64,000 bases of DNA from Thermoanaerobaculia bacterium (GTDB taxonomy: Bacteria > Acidobacteriota > Thermoanaerobaculia > Multivoradales > UBA5704): assembly GCA_044226625.1 (NCBI GenBank), contig JBGAGQ010000001.1:32001-96000 (forward strand). Direction: 5' to 3'. Each line of letters starts with the position of its first letter. The first letter of the stretch is position 1. The notes below the pieces were generated by a model, which was not told where the DNA came from, made no database searches, and saw nothing but the letters and a program-made list of their open reading frames with translations. Position numbers and translations under genes: made by a program. This document shows positions 10,815 to 20,393 of this stretch, piece after piece.

Positions 10815-11563
10815 GTCGAGCGCCGGTCGACGGCTACTTCACCCACGGCGTCCGGCCGGAGGATTATCGGCTGCCGCACCCGCGGCTTGGACTGCCGGTG
10901 ATCCTTCTGGTCCGCCGCGTACTCGTTCGAGCGTTCGAAATCCTGTCGGAAGGGTTAGGTTCCCCGGCGGCGCAGGACGAGGACGGCGTCACCATGGCGT
11001 TACGGAACGTGATCGAGAACCATCTGCGGCACCGAGGTGAAGTGCCGGGGTTCAACCGATCGACCTTCGAGACGGTTGACCGCCAGGCTCAGGTGGAAAA
11101 TTTTGACGGCTCCAAGCGGGGAAAGGCGCCGGATCTGTGCTTCCGGCTACGCAACGACGACGAGGAACCGCGCCCCGTCCTCTCCGTGCATGACGCCCTT
11201 TTCGTAGAGTGCAAGCCCGTGGACAAAACCCACGCCGCAGGGAGCAGGTACTGTGACGAGGGTCTGTGCCGGTTTGTCGACGGCGACTACGCCTGGGCGA
11301 TGGAGGAGGCGATGATGCTCGCCTATACCCGGGCGAACCGGACCCTCGCCAAACATCTGATCCCCGCAATGCAGGAGCGCCAACGCTTCGAAGCCCTGAA
11401 GACGGTCGAGCTACCGCGGCCTGTTCTCGTGACCGAAGCGGCCCATCAGCCCGACACCGAGGCGCTCCACATCAGCCGCCACCGGAGAGGCTTCACCTGG
11501 CTGGACGGCAAAGGGCCGGCGACCGATATCTGGATCTACCACTCCTGGCACCGGTGCGATTAG
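10811..11563 (+). CDS. Putative PD-(D/E)XK nuclease coupled to the MTase
   Basis: ATG 10811 overlaps the MTase stop (ATGA); 'KAPDLCF...FVECKP' fits PD..ExK. Confidence 0.6.
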   Translation: MSRAPVDGYFTHGVRPEDYRLPHPRLGLPVILLVRRVLVRAFEILSEGLGSPAAQDEDGVTMALRNVIENHLRHRGEVPGFNRSTFETVDRQAQVENFDGSKRGKAPDLCFRLRNDDEEPRPVLSVHDALFVECKPVDKTHAAGSRYCDEGLCRFVDGDYAWAMEEAMMLAYTRANRTLAKHLIPAMQERQRFEALKTVELPRPVLVTEAAHQPDTEALHISRHRRGFTWLDGKGPATDIWIYHSWHRCD

Positions 11564-11773
11564 CACGCGCGGGAGAAGTTTCACCCCTGGCTGGAGGATG
11601 AAGTGCTGGCAGCGGACTATGCAGCGGGGGTGCTGGATGTGGAGGGGGCCAGGCCTTCGGCAATCGTGAAATAGATTGAAGTGTCGAACCGCCGAGGATC
11701 TTCAGGGCTGCCGCTCTGATAGGCTTTTGCGCGGCTACTCTTCCACGATTCCCCCTCCTCAAGGAGAGGCACC

Positions 11774-12271
11774 ATGGGCTCGTTCCTGGATTTCCTGGCG
11801 GTCCACCGGATTGGCTTGGCGGCCGCCACCCTCCTGGCGGCGGGCTTGGTGGTGCTCGTTCAGTGGCTCGCTTGGATTTTCGCCATGGGTCGTTTCAAGT
11901 CGGACCCGGATGCCAAGCCCACCTCTCCTACCTCACCGCTTCGCTTCGTGATCGCCGATTTCCTGGTCCGGCTGATCAACGACTTCCGGCACCTGCTGGC
12001 GCTCGTGCTCCTGCTGGTTTTCGCCGCGACCTTGGCGGCGGTTCTTACCTGGGCGAAGGACTTCGCGCAGGTGAAAGAGGGGTTGCAGATCGTGATGGCA
12101 ACGCTCGGAGGCCTCCTCGGCTCGATCATCGGCTATTATTTTGGCGAGTCGTCGGCCCGGAAGAGCGAGGGGGCCGGAGGCGCCCCGATTCCTCCGGCCG
12201 TGTCGAACCAACCGCCGCCGACGCAGAGCGAATCCCCTCCCCCGCAGCCCGCGCCGAAGCCGCCGGTCTAG
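11774..12271 (+). CDS. Small multi-TM membrane protein with Pro-rich tail
   Basis: AAGGAGAGG RBS; about three hydrophobic segments ending 'GSIIGYYFG'. Confidence 0.7.
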   Translation: MGSFLDFLAVHRIGLAAATLLAAGLVVLVQWLAWIFAMGRFKSDPDAKPTSPTSPLRFVIADFLVRLINDFRHLLALVLLLVFAATLAAVLTWAKDFAQVKEGLQIVMATLGGLLGSIIGYYFGESSARKSEGAGGAPIPPAVSNQPPPTQSESPPPQPAPKPPV

Positions 12272-12295
12272 GGGTAGGATCAGGGACGGAGGCCG

Positions 12296-12685
12296 ATGCT
12301 CATGAATCCTCTCGAAGTCAAAGACTCCGTCGTCGATCCCGACTCGCACGACCGAACGATCCGCTACCAGCCGTTGCCCCAAGGCGACGATCGAGCGCTC
12401 TACCGGGTTTTCATCTACCTCGAGGGTCCCGCGCTGCCGTTCGTCGAGAGCGTTACCTACACCCTCCATGAGACTTTCCCGGATCGGGTTCGCACGATCC
12501 GGCGCACGCCCGCCAACCCGAGCTGCAAACTGGAGATTCGGACCTGGGGAACCTTCGAGGTGATCGCCGAGGTTCTGGAAAAGAGCGGAAGCTCCTTCCG
12601 CCTGACCCACCCACTCACCTACGACCGAGAGATCCGGCAAGCGATCGAACGCAACGAAACCCAGAGATTCCAGGCCGTGGCCTGA
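12296..12685 (+). CDS. Stand-alone prokaryotic YEATS (pYEATS) domain protein
   Basis: 'VESVTYTLHETFPDRVR...WGTFEV' matches the YEATS V.Y.LH.TF..P.R / .WG.F pattern. Confidence 0.8.
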   Translation: MLMNPLEVKDSVVDPDSHDRTIRYQPLPQGDDRALYRVFIYLEGPALPFVESVTYTLHETFPDRVRTIRRTPANPSCKLEIRTWGTFEVIAEVLEKSGSSFRLTHPLTYDREIRQAIERNETQRFQAVA

Positions 12686-12738
12686 TATCGAGCGGCTCGA
12701 CCGCTGCGTCAGACTGTTTGAGGTGAATCCCACCCTCG

Positions 12739-12798
12739 GAACAGCTTGCCGTAGTCGCGGATGCGCGTGCCGCGGCCGATGATCTGCTTGAACTCGGT
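12739..12798 (-). pseudogene. hsdR: 60-bp relic of a type I restriction subunit (HsdR, helicase motif VI)
   Basis: Minus strand reads TEFKQIIGRGTRIRDYGKLF, the EcoAI/EcoEI-type HsdR motif VI region; no recognisable HsdR sequence on either side. Confidence 0.7.
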
Positions 12799-12832
12799 CC
12801 TCGAGGCTGTGGCTTGAAAACGAAGGGTGATT

Positions 12833-12946
12833 CTAAGCGGCTCCTTCCGGATGCCCGTAGAGCTTCAGCCAGGACTCCAGCCTCTCGACCCAAGAACGAA
12901 ACAGCGGGCATTCTCGCCGGATGGCGTCGATCAGCAGGCGGGACAT
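12833..12946 (-). pseudogene. Internally deleted DUF4276-like gene
   Basis: 37 codons starting 4 nt after the ATPase stop. 'MSRLL' joins directly to 'IDAIRRECPLFRSWVERLE', resembling the two termini of DUF4276 proteins. Confidence 0.6.
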
Positions 12947-12950
12947 GGGC

Positions 12951-14057
12951 TCACTCCGCCCCGGGACGGCCGCCCAGCTCGTTCTTTTCCCAAAGCTGGC
13001 CCAGGCTATAGTCCTCCAGCCAGGATGCAAGCTTCGCGGGGTCCAGCCGGGTAAACTGAGTACCTCCGTCCACGCGGTCGGCCACCAGCACGTCTTCCGG
13101 CTGGAACTGGTCGAGCAGGAACGGCGATTGGGTCGAGACGATCACCTGCGTCTCGATCGAGACCTGCTTGATCAACGAGCCCAGCAGCGTGATGGCATAC
13201 GGGTGCAGCCCTAACTCAGGTTCGTCCACCAAGATAACCGAGGGGCGCAAGCGTTGCGGCTGAAGGAGCAGCGTCGCCAACGCGATGAAGCGAATCGTGC
13301 CGTCGGAGAGGGACGACGCATCGAAGTATGCGTCCGACCCTTTGTGCCGCCACTCCAGACGGATCGTTTTCGTATTCAGCCTCTGCGGCTCCAACTGGAA
13401 ATCGTCAAAAAAAGGAGCCGCAAGCGCAACGGTGCGTCGGATCAGGCTGTAGTCGTCCTCGTGCTTCTCTCTCAGAAAATAAAGGAAGGCGGCCAGGTTC
13501 GAGCCGTCCGGACGCAGGTAACGGTTGTCGTTCACGTCCGCTGTCTTTTTCATCGGCGAGGTCGAGCTGGTGTCGTGGAAATGGTAGAGGCGCCAGCTGT
13601 CGAGGTGCTCGCGGACGTATTTTTGAACCCCTTCGGACTTCGGTGAGCTGATCCCAGCTTCCTTACCGATGCGCTCGATCGGTCCTTCCCATGGATCCGG
13701 GTGTTTCGCCTGATCCCAGAAGAAGACCCGCTCGGACTCCGGAACGAGCTCGTCGGCGCTGGTCGGCTGCAAAACGATCTTGTATTCGTTCACCTTATTC
13801 CGGAAAGAAATTTGAAGTTCCAACCTGTCCGTCACCTTCGACCCAAAATGCAGCACCTTGTCGGCACCACCCGCCTTGAGGACGTAGTCCTGCAATCGCC
13901 CTTCTCGAATCTCGCGTAAGAACGAGAACACCCCGATGAAGTTCGACTTCCCCGAACCGTTCGGGCCAATCAACACGTTGATCGGCGCGAGCTTCAGCTT
14001 CTCGATCGAAGCGATGCTCTTGAAGCCTTTGACGGTGATGGTGTCCAGCTCGGACAT
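12951..14057 (-). CDS. AAA_15/AAA_21-type ABC-like ATPase (defence-associated)
   Basis: 'ITVKGFKSI', Walker A 'GPNGSGKSN', 'LSDGT', 'DEPELGLHP', 'STQS'; ATG 14057 preferred. Confidence 0.9.
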   Translation of the reverse strand: MSELDTITVKGFKSIASIEKLKLAPINVLIGPNGSGKSNFIGVFSFLREIREGRLQDYVLKAGGADKVLHFGSKVTDRLELQISFRNKVNEYKIVLQPTSADELVPESERVFFWDQAKHPDPWEGPIERIGKEAGISSPKSEGVQKYVREHLDSWRLYHFHDTSSTSPMKKTADVNDNRYLRPDGSNLAAFLYFLREKHEDDYSLIRRTVALAAPFFDDFQLEPQRLNTKTIRLEWRHKGSDAYFDASSLSDGTIRFIALATLLLQPQRLRPSVILVDEPELGLHPYAITLLGSLIKQVSIETQVIVSTQSPFLLDQFQPEDVLVADRVDGGTQFTRLDPAKLASWLEDYSLGQLWEKNELGGRPGAE

Positions 14058-14280
14058 GGATCTCTTCTCGTCGAATTCGAAAGCCGGCGGGCTCGGCGGT
14101 TCTGAGCGATAGTATGACGCACCGACGAGTGAAGTTTGGCCACTTCGGCCGATCGACGGGCGCGCCAGCGCAAGCTCCAACGGTGCAAGTGAGGTGCGGT
14201 GCGAGAAAGCGGCTTAACGCCCTGACGCGTGGCGATGCAGACCGTAACCTCGCCATTCACGCCCGAGACCGTCCTCCAGC

Positions 14281-14620
14281 CCCAGGAAGTCGCTTCCAGC
14301 CCCAGGAAGTCGCTTCCTGAGCTGGGAAGTCGCTTCCTGCGCTGCGAAGTCACTTCCCGGCCCGGGAAGTCGCTTCCTGCCCTGGGAAGTCACTTCCGGG
14401 CCTGGCAAGTCTCTTCCTGATCCGGGAAGTCACTGCCTGGACTGGGAAGTCGCTTCCTGAGAGGGGAAGTCACTTCCTGGCCTGGGAAGTCGCTTCCTGG
14501 GCTGGCAAGTCGCTTCCTGGACCGAGAGGTCACATGCTGCGCCGGAAAGCCGCTTCCCCGGGCGTAGAGCGGGGTGCCGAGGTGGGAAGCGGCTTGCGGA
14601 GCCGGCGAGCCGCTTCCGGC
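14281..14620. repeat. Tandem array of 20-bp palindromic units, consensus ~CCTGGGAAGTCGCTTCCTGG
   Basis: 12 well-conserved units (14281-14520) plus ~5 degenerate ones at exact 20-nt period; core GGAAG-TCR-CTTCC is self-complementary. Confidence 0.92.
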
Positions 14621-14749
14621 GCGGGGCTTCCGCTCGGGGACCGCGCCTTTACTCTTCGCTCTCGAACGGGCAAAATCGCGCCTCTAAGCAAGCCGTCCGG
14701 TCCCCCCGGGCTCTCCCACCAGATCTTCTCCTTTCCTGGATACCGAATC

Positions 14750-15472
14750 ATGGGCCGCATCTTCGAAACTCGAAAACACACGATGTTCGCGCGCTGGGAC
14801 CGGATGTCGAAGCAGTTCAACCGGATCGGCAAAGAAATCACCATCGCGGTGAAGGCCGGCGGTCCGGACGCGGCGAGCAACCCGATGCTCCGCCGGGTCA
14901 TCCAGAACGCCCGCGCGGTCAACATGCCGAAGGACAAGGTCGATTCGGCGATCAAGCGCGCCTCGGGCCAGGATGCGACGACCTACGAGGAGATCATCTA
15001 CGAGGGGTACGCCCCGAACGGGATCGCGATTCTCGTCGAGACGGCGACCGACAACCCGACGCGCACGGTGTCGAACCTTCGGACGCATTTCAACAAGGGG
15101 AACGGCAACCTCGGCAGCTCGGGCAGCGTCGCGTTCCTGTTCAAGAAGATGGGCGTCTTCCGCCTGAACCCGAAAGGGATCGACGCCGAGACGCTGGAGC
15201 TCGATCTGATCGACTTCGGCCTCGAGGAGATGGGCGAAACGACCGGCGAAAAGGGCGAGCCCCAGATCCTCGTCCGGTGCGCCTTCAACGACTTCGGGAA
15301 CCTCCAGAAGGCGCTCGAAGACCGCGGCATCACGCCGATCTCGGCCGAGGCGGAGTTCATTCCGACCACCCCGACGGAGCTGCCCGAAGACAAGGCGACC
15401 GAGGTGCTCGCGCTGGTCGACCGCCTGGAGCAGGACGACGACGTCCAGCGCGTGTTCCACAACCTCGCGTAG
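14750..15472 (+). CDS. yebC: YebC/PmpR family protein
   Basis: 'MGRIFE.RK', 'NMPKDKV..AIKRA', 'YEGYAPNG', 'TDNPTRT', '[10 protein letters not shown]'. Confidence 0.95.
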   Translation: MGRIFETRKHTMFARWDRMSKQFNRIGKEITIAVKAGGPDAASNPMLRRVIQNARAVNMPKDKVDSAIKRASGQDATTYEEIIYEGYAPNGIAILVETATDNPTRTVSNLRTHFNKGNGNLGSSGSVAFLFKKMGVFRLNPKGIDAETLELDLIDFGLEEMGETTGEKGEPQILVRCAFNDFGNLQKALEDRGITPISAEAEFIPTTPTELPEDKATEVLALVDRLEQDDDVQRVFHNLA

Positions 15473-15483
15473 GGCGCGGCGCG

Positions 15484-15930
15484 TCAGCCGGCCTGCCGCC
15501 GGGCCTTTTCGCGGCGGGCCAGCTCCTCGTGGGACACGTCTTCGATGTGGGTGGCGATCCACCACTGGTTGCCGACCGGGTCGGTCACGCCGCCGTGGCG
15601 GTCGCCATAGAACATGTCGGCCGGCTCCTGGATCGCTTTCGCCCCCGCGGCGATCGCCTGGGCGTAGAGCGCGTCGCAATTCTCCACATACAGGTAGATC
15701 GCGCACGGCATCGCCGGCCATTGAGGCTGCGACCCCGACAGCATGAGGCGCGAGTCGCCGATCTGGAGCTCGGCGTGGCCGACCTCGCCGGTTTCGCGCA
15801 GCGAGCGGAACAGGACTTTGGCATCGAACGCCTTCTCGAGGAACTCGAGCAGACGGTGGGCGTCGGCGGCGATCAGGTACGGGGTCACCGTGTGGTACCC
15901 CTCGGGGATCGGGCGCACGGTTTCGTTCAT
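15484..15930 (-). CDS. VOC/PhnB-like glyoxalase family protein
   Basis: 'PEGYHTVTPYL', 'HAELQIGDS', 'DMFYGDR.G.V.DPVGNQWWI'. Confidence 0.9.
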   Translation of the reverse strand: MNETVRPIPEGYHTVTPYLIAADAHRLLEFLEKAFDAKVLFRSLRETGEVGHAELQIGDSRLMLSGSQPQWPAMPCAIYLYVENCDALYAQAIAAGAKAIQEPADMFYGDRHGGVTDPVGNQWWIATHIEDVSHEELARREKARRQAG

Positions 15931-16089
15931 CGCAAACCTCCAGGATCGTCGGGGCGCCGGTAGCGGCGCCTCTCAGACGTATCCTCCCCCGTCCTCGCCC
16001 CCCACGTCTTGGAAAAAAGGTCCCCCGCGGGAGATCTCGGCGGCGGCCTCCGGCCGGGATCGCCAACGCCGTACCGCGGCCCCCCAGAA

Positions 16090-17040
16090 CTACCAGAGCT
16101 TACGGAAGCAGAACCACTGGTAGGGATCTTCGCGGATCGTCGCCTCGAGCTCGGCGATGAAGCGGCCGATCGCGTAGCGGACGTCGGCGTCCCGGTCGGC
16201 CGTCCGAGGCACGTGGATCGGCGGACGGACCTCGCTCCGATAGCTTAGGCGGCCGACCCGGCGGATGAACACCGGCAGCAGCGGCACGCCCGCCGCGCGC
16301 GCCAGGCTCGCCGGGCCGATCGGCAGTGGGAACGGCCGTCCGAACAGCGTCCCCTCGGTCGGCTTGCCCCAGCTGCGCGGCCGGTCCCCTTGGAGCGCCA
16401 CGATGTCGCCGTCGCGCAGCGCGTCGAGCAGGAGCATCGCGAGGCTCGGGTCGTTGTCGGCGAAGTGCGTGGTGTACCGGCCGTCCGACTGCTTCTCGAT
16501 CAACCCGCGGATGAACGCCTGGGCGCGCGGATCGACCTCCCCCTCGCGGACGACGTGCACCCTCCGGCCGGTCATCACCGACGGCACGAACGAACCCGCC
16601 TCCCAACTGCCGTAGTGCGCGGTCACCAGGATGAATCCGCCGGGCGCGTCGGTCACCTCGCGCCAGGAATCCATGCCCGAGATCACCGAATCGGGCTGCC
16701 GCTTGCCCGCGAGGTTTTCGTACCGCTCGGTGAGGCACCACGAGTAGACGTGGATCAGCCGGAAGATCCGCCTCTCGCGCTCGAGCCAGCCGCAGGGGCC
16801 GAGCACCCCTTCGAGGTTGCTCGCGATCGCCCGCCGGATGTTCCACAGGGTGGCCCAGAAGAAGATCGTGAACACGAGGATCGCCGGCCCGATCAACCAC
16901 TCCGGCAGGATGCGGATGCCGAACAGGTGGAAGCGGAACCAGAACACCCCGGTGACGTAGAACGGCCCCAGGATCCGGCGCCAGATTCCCGCCTCGGGCG
17001 CGTGCGGCGGGTTGTCCGGGGTGTCGGCCGCGACGCTCAT
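16090..17040 (-). CDS. LpxL-like lysophospholipid acyltransferase
   Basis: 'TAHYGSWE', 'GDR', 'PYQWF'; ATG 17040 overlaps the MMPL stop. Confidence 0.85.
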   Translation of the reverse strand: MSVAADTPDNPPHAPEAGIWRRILGPFYVTGVFWFRFHLFGIRILPEWLIGPAILVFTIFFWATLWNIRRAIASNLEGVLGPCGWLERERRIFRLIHVYSWCLTERYENLAGKRQPDSVISGMDSWREVTDAPGGFILVTAHYGSWEAGSFVPSVMTGRRVHVVREGEVDPRAQAFIRGLIEKQSDGRYTTHFADNDPSLAMLLLDALRDGDIVALQGDRPRSWGKPTEGTLFGRPFPLPIGPASLARAAGVPLLPVFIRRVGRLSYRSEVRPPIHVPRTADRDADVRYAIGRFIAELEATIREDPYQWFCFRKLW

Positions 17041-19622
17041 CGGGCCTCCTCCATCGCGTCCGCGGCCGGCCGGCGGAAGAGCGCGTCGAGCGCGGGCAGC
17101 ACCAGCAGGGTCGAGACGAGGCAGGCAAGGCCGCCGATCGCCACGATCAGCCCCGCGTTGCGCAGGCCGGGAATGCGCGACGCGGTCAAGCTGCCGAAAC
17201 CGATCGAGGCGGTGAGCATGACGAGCGTCATCGCCGGCCCCGACTCGAGCAGGACCGCGCGCATGCCGCCCGGCGTGTGGCGCGCGCCGACCACCGCGTG
17301 GACCCCCAGGTCGATGCCGGTCCCGAACAGGACCGGCAGCGCCGCGACGCAGACCAGGTCGAGCGGGCGCGCAAGGGCGCCCCAGAGCCCGAAGGTCCAG
17401 AGGCAGCCGAGCAGGAGCGGCATGCTCGCGAGGAACGAGGCGCCGACCCGTCCGCCGAGGGAGACCAGGACGACGATCGCCACCAGGAGCGCGGCGAAGC
17501 CGCTCGATCGGACCAGATCGCGCGAGGCAACCCGGCGCAGCTCGCGGCCGACCCGCGGCGCCGAGGCGAAAGCGGCTCCGGGAACTTCCTTCTCGATCTC
17601 TCCGGCGAGCGATTCGGCTTGGCGCTCGTCCAGCGAGCCGATCGGCACCCGCACGTGGACGGCGACCGCCGCGCCGCTCCCTTTGGGCCCGGAACCGGCG
17701 GCGTCGGAATGCACCAGCTCGGACATCCAGTCGGGCCACCCCGCAGGCTCGGGGGCTCGCGCGTCCTCGCCGCGGGCGAAGCCGCGTAGGACGTCGAGCG
17801 AGGATCGGAACGGCTCGACGCGAAATCCGACGGCGAGAAGCTCACGCTCGAAATCGCCCGCCGCCCGCTCGAGCGGCAGGGAGCGGAGCTCCGCGAGGCG
17901 CCGGGCGCGCCGCGCGCCGAGGACGATCCAATCCGACGGGCTATCGACCGCCGCCTCGGGCCCGAGCCGGCGAGACAGAACTTCGCGCACGCGCGCCGCC
18001 GCGTCGAGCGCCGCGCCGAGATCGTCGCGCCGAACCACGACCGTCGAGGTGTCGAGCCCGAGCCCGAAGCGGGTATAGGCGGCGGTCTCGAGCGCCTGGA
18101 GCGGCGTGTCCGCCGGCCGCAGAGCGCGCGGATCGACGTTGATCGCGAGGCCCCGCAGACCGAAGAGCGCGGCGAGCGAGAGCGCGGCGGCGACCGCCAG
18201 GACCGGCAGCGGCCGGCGCGCCGCGAAGCCGGACGTGCGCAGCAGGAGCGGCTGCCAGAACGCCCGCCAGAGGAGCGCCCGCGGCTTTCGCTCCGAGCGG
18301 CCGAAGACGAGCAGCGGCGCGGCGATCAGGACGGTCGTCGCGAGCGTCGCGAGCACCCCGAACATGAGCAGCAGGCCGAGCTCGCGGAGCGGCCGAAAGT
18401 GCGCGATCGCGAGCGCTCCGACCGCGACCGCCGAGGTCGCCGCCGAGGAGACGATGCCGGGGCCCGCCTCGACGCAGGCGGCCCGGAGCGCCTCGGCGCG
18501 CGAGAGCCCCGAGGCCCGGGCCAGACGAAAGCGCGAGCCGCCGTGGATTCCATATTCGACGCCGAGACCGAGCAGCGCCGCGGCGAACCCGACGCCCACC
18601 ACCGTGATGCTCCCGAGCGCGAGGCCGCCGGCTCCGACGGTCCAAGCCACCCCGGCGATCACCGCGAGCGTGATCGCCACGGGGATCAGCACCCCCTCGA
18701 ACCCGGCGAGCAGCACGAGCGCCACGCCGAGCGTCGAGCCCGAGATCGTCGAGGCGAGATCGGTCTTCAGGATTGCCTCGTCGTGCGCGGCGTAGATCGG
18801 TCCGCCGATCGCCTGGACCGAGAGCTTGCGGCCGGTCTCCTTCTCCGTCGTCCGTTGCGCGCCGGCGATCGCCGCGAGGATCGCGCGCCCGGCCGCCGGA
18901 TCGAGCTCGGCGCGCGCCGGGGTGATCACCACGAGCGCGGCGCCGCCGTCGCGGGAGACGAACGCCCCGGAGAGCGGATCGATCGGCAGCCCGGCGGGCG
19001 CCGCCCCGAGTAACCCTTCCGACAGGCCCAGTGGATCGGCGGTGAAGAGAGCGCGCGCGACACCGCCCATTGGGCTCCGCATCGCCTCGCGCATCGTCGC
19101 CACCCGCGCGTGGATCGCCGCCGGCTCGAGCCGGGCCGCGAGATCCTTCTTCCAATCCGGAGCGCTCACGAGGAGCGGCAGGCGCGGGGCAACGTGCTCG
19201 AAGAAGAAGCGCTCGTCCTCCTCTTCGAGCCCGGCGCGCGCGGCGCGGACCTCCGGGCTCTGTTTCAACAGCTCGGCGATTCGCCGCGCCGCCTCGGGCA
19301 GGGCGCTCTCGTCGGCGTCCTCGACGTGCTCGGCGTCCTCGGCGGCGCCCGAGTCGGCTCCCGCCTTTGCACCTGCCGGAGCGGCCGGCGGGGCGAGCTC
19401 GACGATCGCGAACACCTTCTCGAAGCCGCCGAACGTGCGGAGGAAGGTCCGATAGTCCTCGGCCGCCGGAGCGTCGTTCGGCAGCAGGTCGGAGAGGTCG
19501 GTATCGATGCGTAGACGCGACGCCGGCGCGAGCGCGAGCAGCGTGATCGCGAGCCCGAGGGCGAGCGTCCGTCCCGGGCGGGCGCCCACGAGGCGCGCGA
19601 TCCATTCGAGCAGGCCGGGCAT
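17037..19622 (-). CDS. MMPL/RND family exporter
   Basis: 'IDTDLSDLLP', two TM bundles with 'LGLGVEYGIH' and 'GTGIDLGVH'. Confidence 0.85.
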   Translation of the reverse strand: MPGLLEWIARLVGARPGRTLALGLAITLLALAPASRLRIDTDLSDLLPNDAPAAEDYRTFLRTFGGFEKVFAIVELAPPAAPAGAKAGADSGAAEDAEHVEDADESALPEAARRIAELLKQSPEVRAARAGLEEEDERFFFEHVAPRLPLLVSAPDWKKDLAARLEPAAIHARVATMREAMRSPMGGVARALFTADPLGLSEGLLGAAPAGLPIDPLSGAFVSRDGGAALVVITPARAELDPAAGRAILAAIAGAQRTTEKETGRKLSVQAIGGPIYAAHDEAILKTDLASTISGSTLGVALVLLAGFEGVLIPVAITLAVIAGVAWTVGAGGLALGSITVVGVGFAAALLGLGVEYGIHGGSRFRLARASGLSRAEALRAACVEAGPGIVSSAATSAVAVGALAIAHFRPLRELGLLLMFGVLATLATTVLIAAPLLVFGRSERKPRALLWRAFWQPLLLRTSGFAARRPLPVLAVAAALSLAALFGLRGLAINVDPRALRPADTPLQALETAAYTRFGLGLDTSTVVVRRDDLGAALDAAARVREVLSRRLGPEAAVDSPSDWIVLGARRARRLAELRSLPLERAAGDFERELLAVGFRVEPFRSSLDVLRGFARGEDARAPEPAGWPDWMSELVHSDAAGSGPKGSGAAVAVHVRVPIGSLDERQAESLAGEIEKEVPGAAFASAPRVGRELRRVASRDLVRSSGFAALLVAIVVLVSLGGRVGASFLASMPLLLGCLWTFGLWGALARPLDLVCVAALPVLFGTGIDLGVHAVVGARHTPGGMRAVLLESGPAMTLVMLTASIGFGSLTASRIPGLRNAGLIVAIGGLACLVSTLLVLPALDALFRRPAADAMEEAR

Positions 19623-19640
19623 CGTTCCGCCGTAAAGGCC

Positions 19641-20393
19641 CTAGGCCGACGCGCCCGCGTCGATCACCAGGGTCTGGCCCGTGATCGAGGCGGCGCCTTC
19701 GGACAGGAGGAAGGCGACCGCCGCGGCGACCGATTCCGCGCGCACGCCGCCCGGCAGGCACTCTCCCGCGCGCAGCCGGTCGACCTGCTCCGGGGAAAGG
19801 TCGGCGGTGAGGTCGGTCGGCACGAAGCCGGGGATCACGGCGTTCACCCGGACGTTGCGCTTGCCGACCTCGCGAGCGAGCACGCGGGTCATCGCCAGCA
19901 GCCCCGCTTTGGTCGCCGCGTATGCCGCCTGGCCCGCGACGCCGTGGAGCGCCGACAACGAAGAGACGTTCACGATCGAGCCGCCGCGGCGCGAGACGAA
20001 ACCGCGAAGCGCCGCCCGCGCGAGACGAAACGAGCCCGAGAGGTTCTGGTCGAGCACGGCGTCCCAATCTTCGTCCGAGGTGAGCGCGAGCAACGCCTCG
20101 CGCCGAATGCCCGCGTTGTTGACCAGGCCGCCGAGCGGGCCGACCTCGCGCTCCACCTCGGAGATCAGATCGTCCGGCCGCGCCCGGTCGGCGAGATCGA
20201 AGCGAAACGCCCGGACCGCGACGCCGTGCGACTCGGAGAGCCCGGCCGCCAGATCCCGCGCCGCCCCTTCGTCGCTCCGGAACGTCAACGCGACGGGCCG
20301 GCCGGCGGCAGCGAGCGCCTCGGCGATCGCGCGGCCCAGACCTCGGCCGCCCCCCGTGATGAGCACCGCCGCCATCGAGCTGGGTGAGCTCAT
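19641..20393 (-). CDS. 3-oxoacyl-ACP reductase (FabG-like SDR)
   Basis: 'TGGGRGLG', 'NNAG', 'YAATK'. Confidence 0.9.
   Translation of the reverse strand: MSSPSSMAAVLITGGGRGLGRAIAEALAAAGRPVALTFRSDEGAARDLAAGLSESHGVAVRAFRFDLADRARPDDLISEVEREVGPLGGLVNNAGIRREALLALTSDEDWDAVLDQNLSGSFRLARAALRGFVSRRGGSIVNVSSLSALHGVAGQAAYAATKAGLLAMTRVLAREVGKRNVRVNAVIPGFVPTDLTADLSPEQVDRLRAGECLPGGVRAESVAAAVAFLLSEGAASITGQTLVIDAGASA

Noticed and set aside
14160-14260. Integron attC site (GTTAAGC on the minus strand)
   Set aside because: No matching RYYYAAC inverse core or extended dyad found, and no integrase nearby.
14281-14620. CRISPR array
   Set aside because: Units are contiguous at 20-nt period with only ~7 variable nt; no unique spacers and no cas genes in the window.
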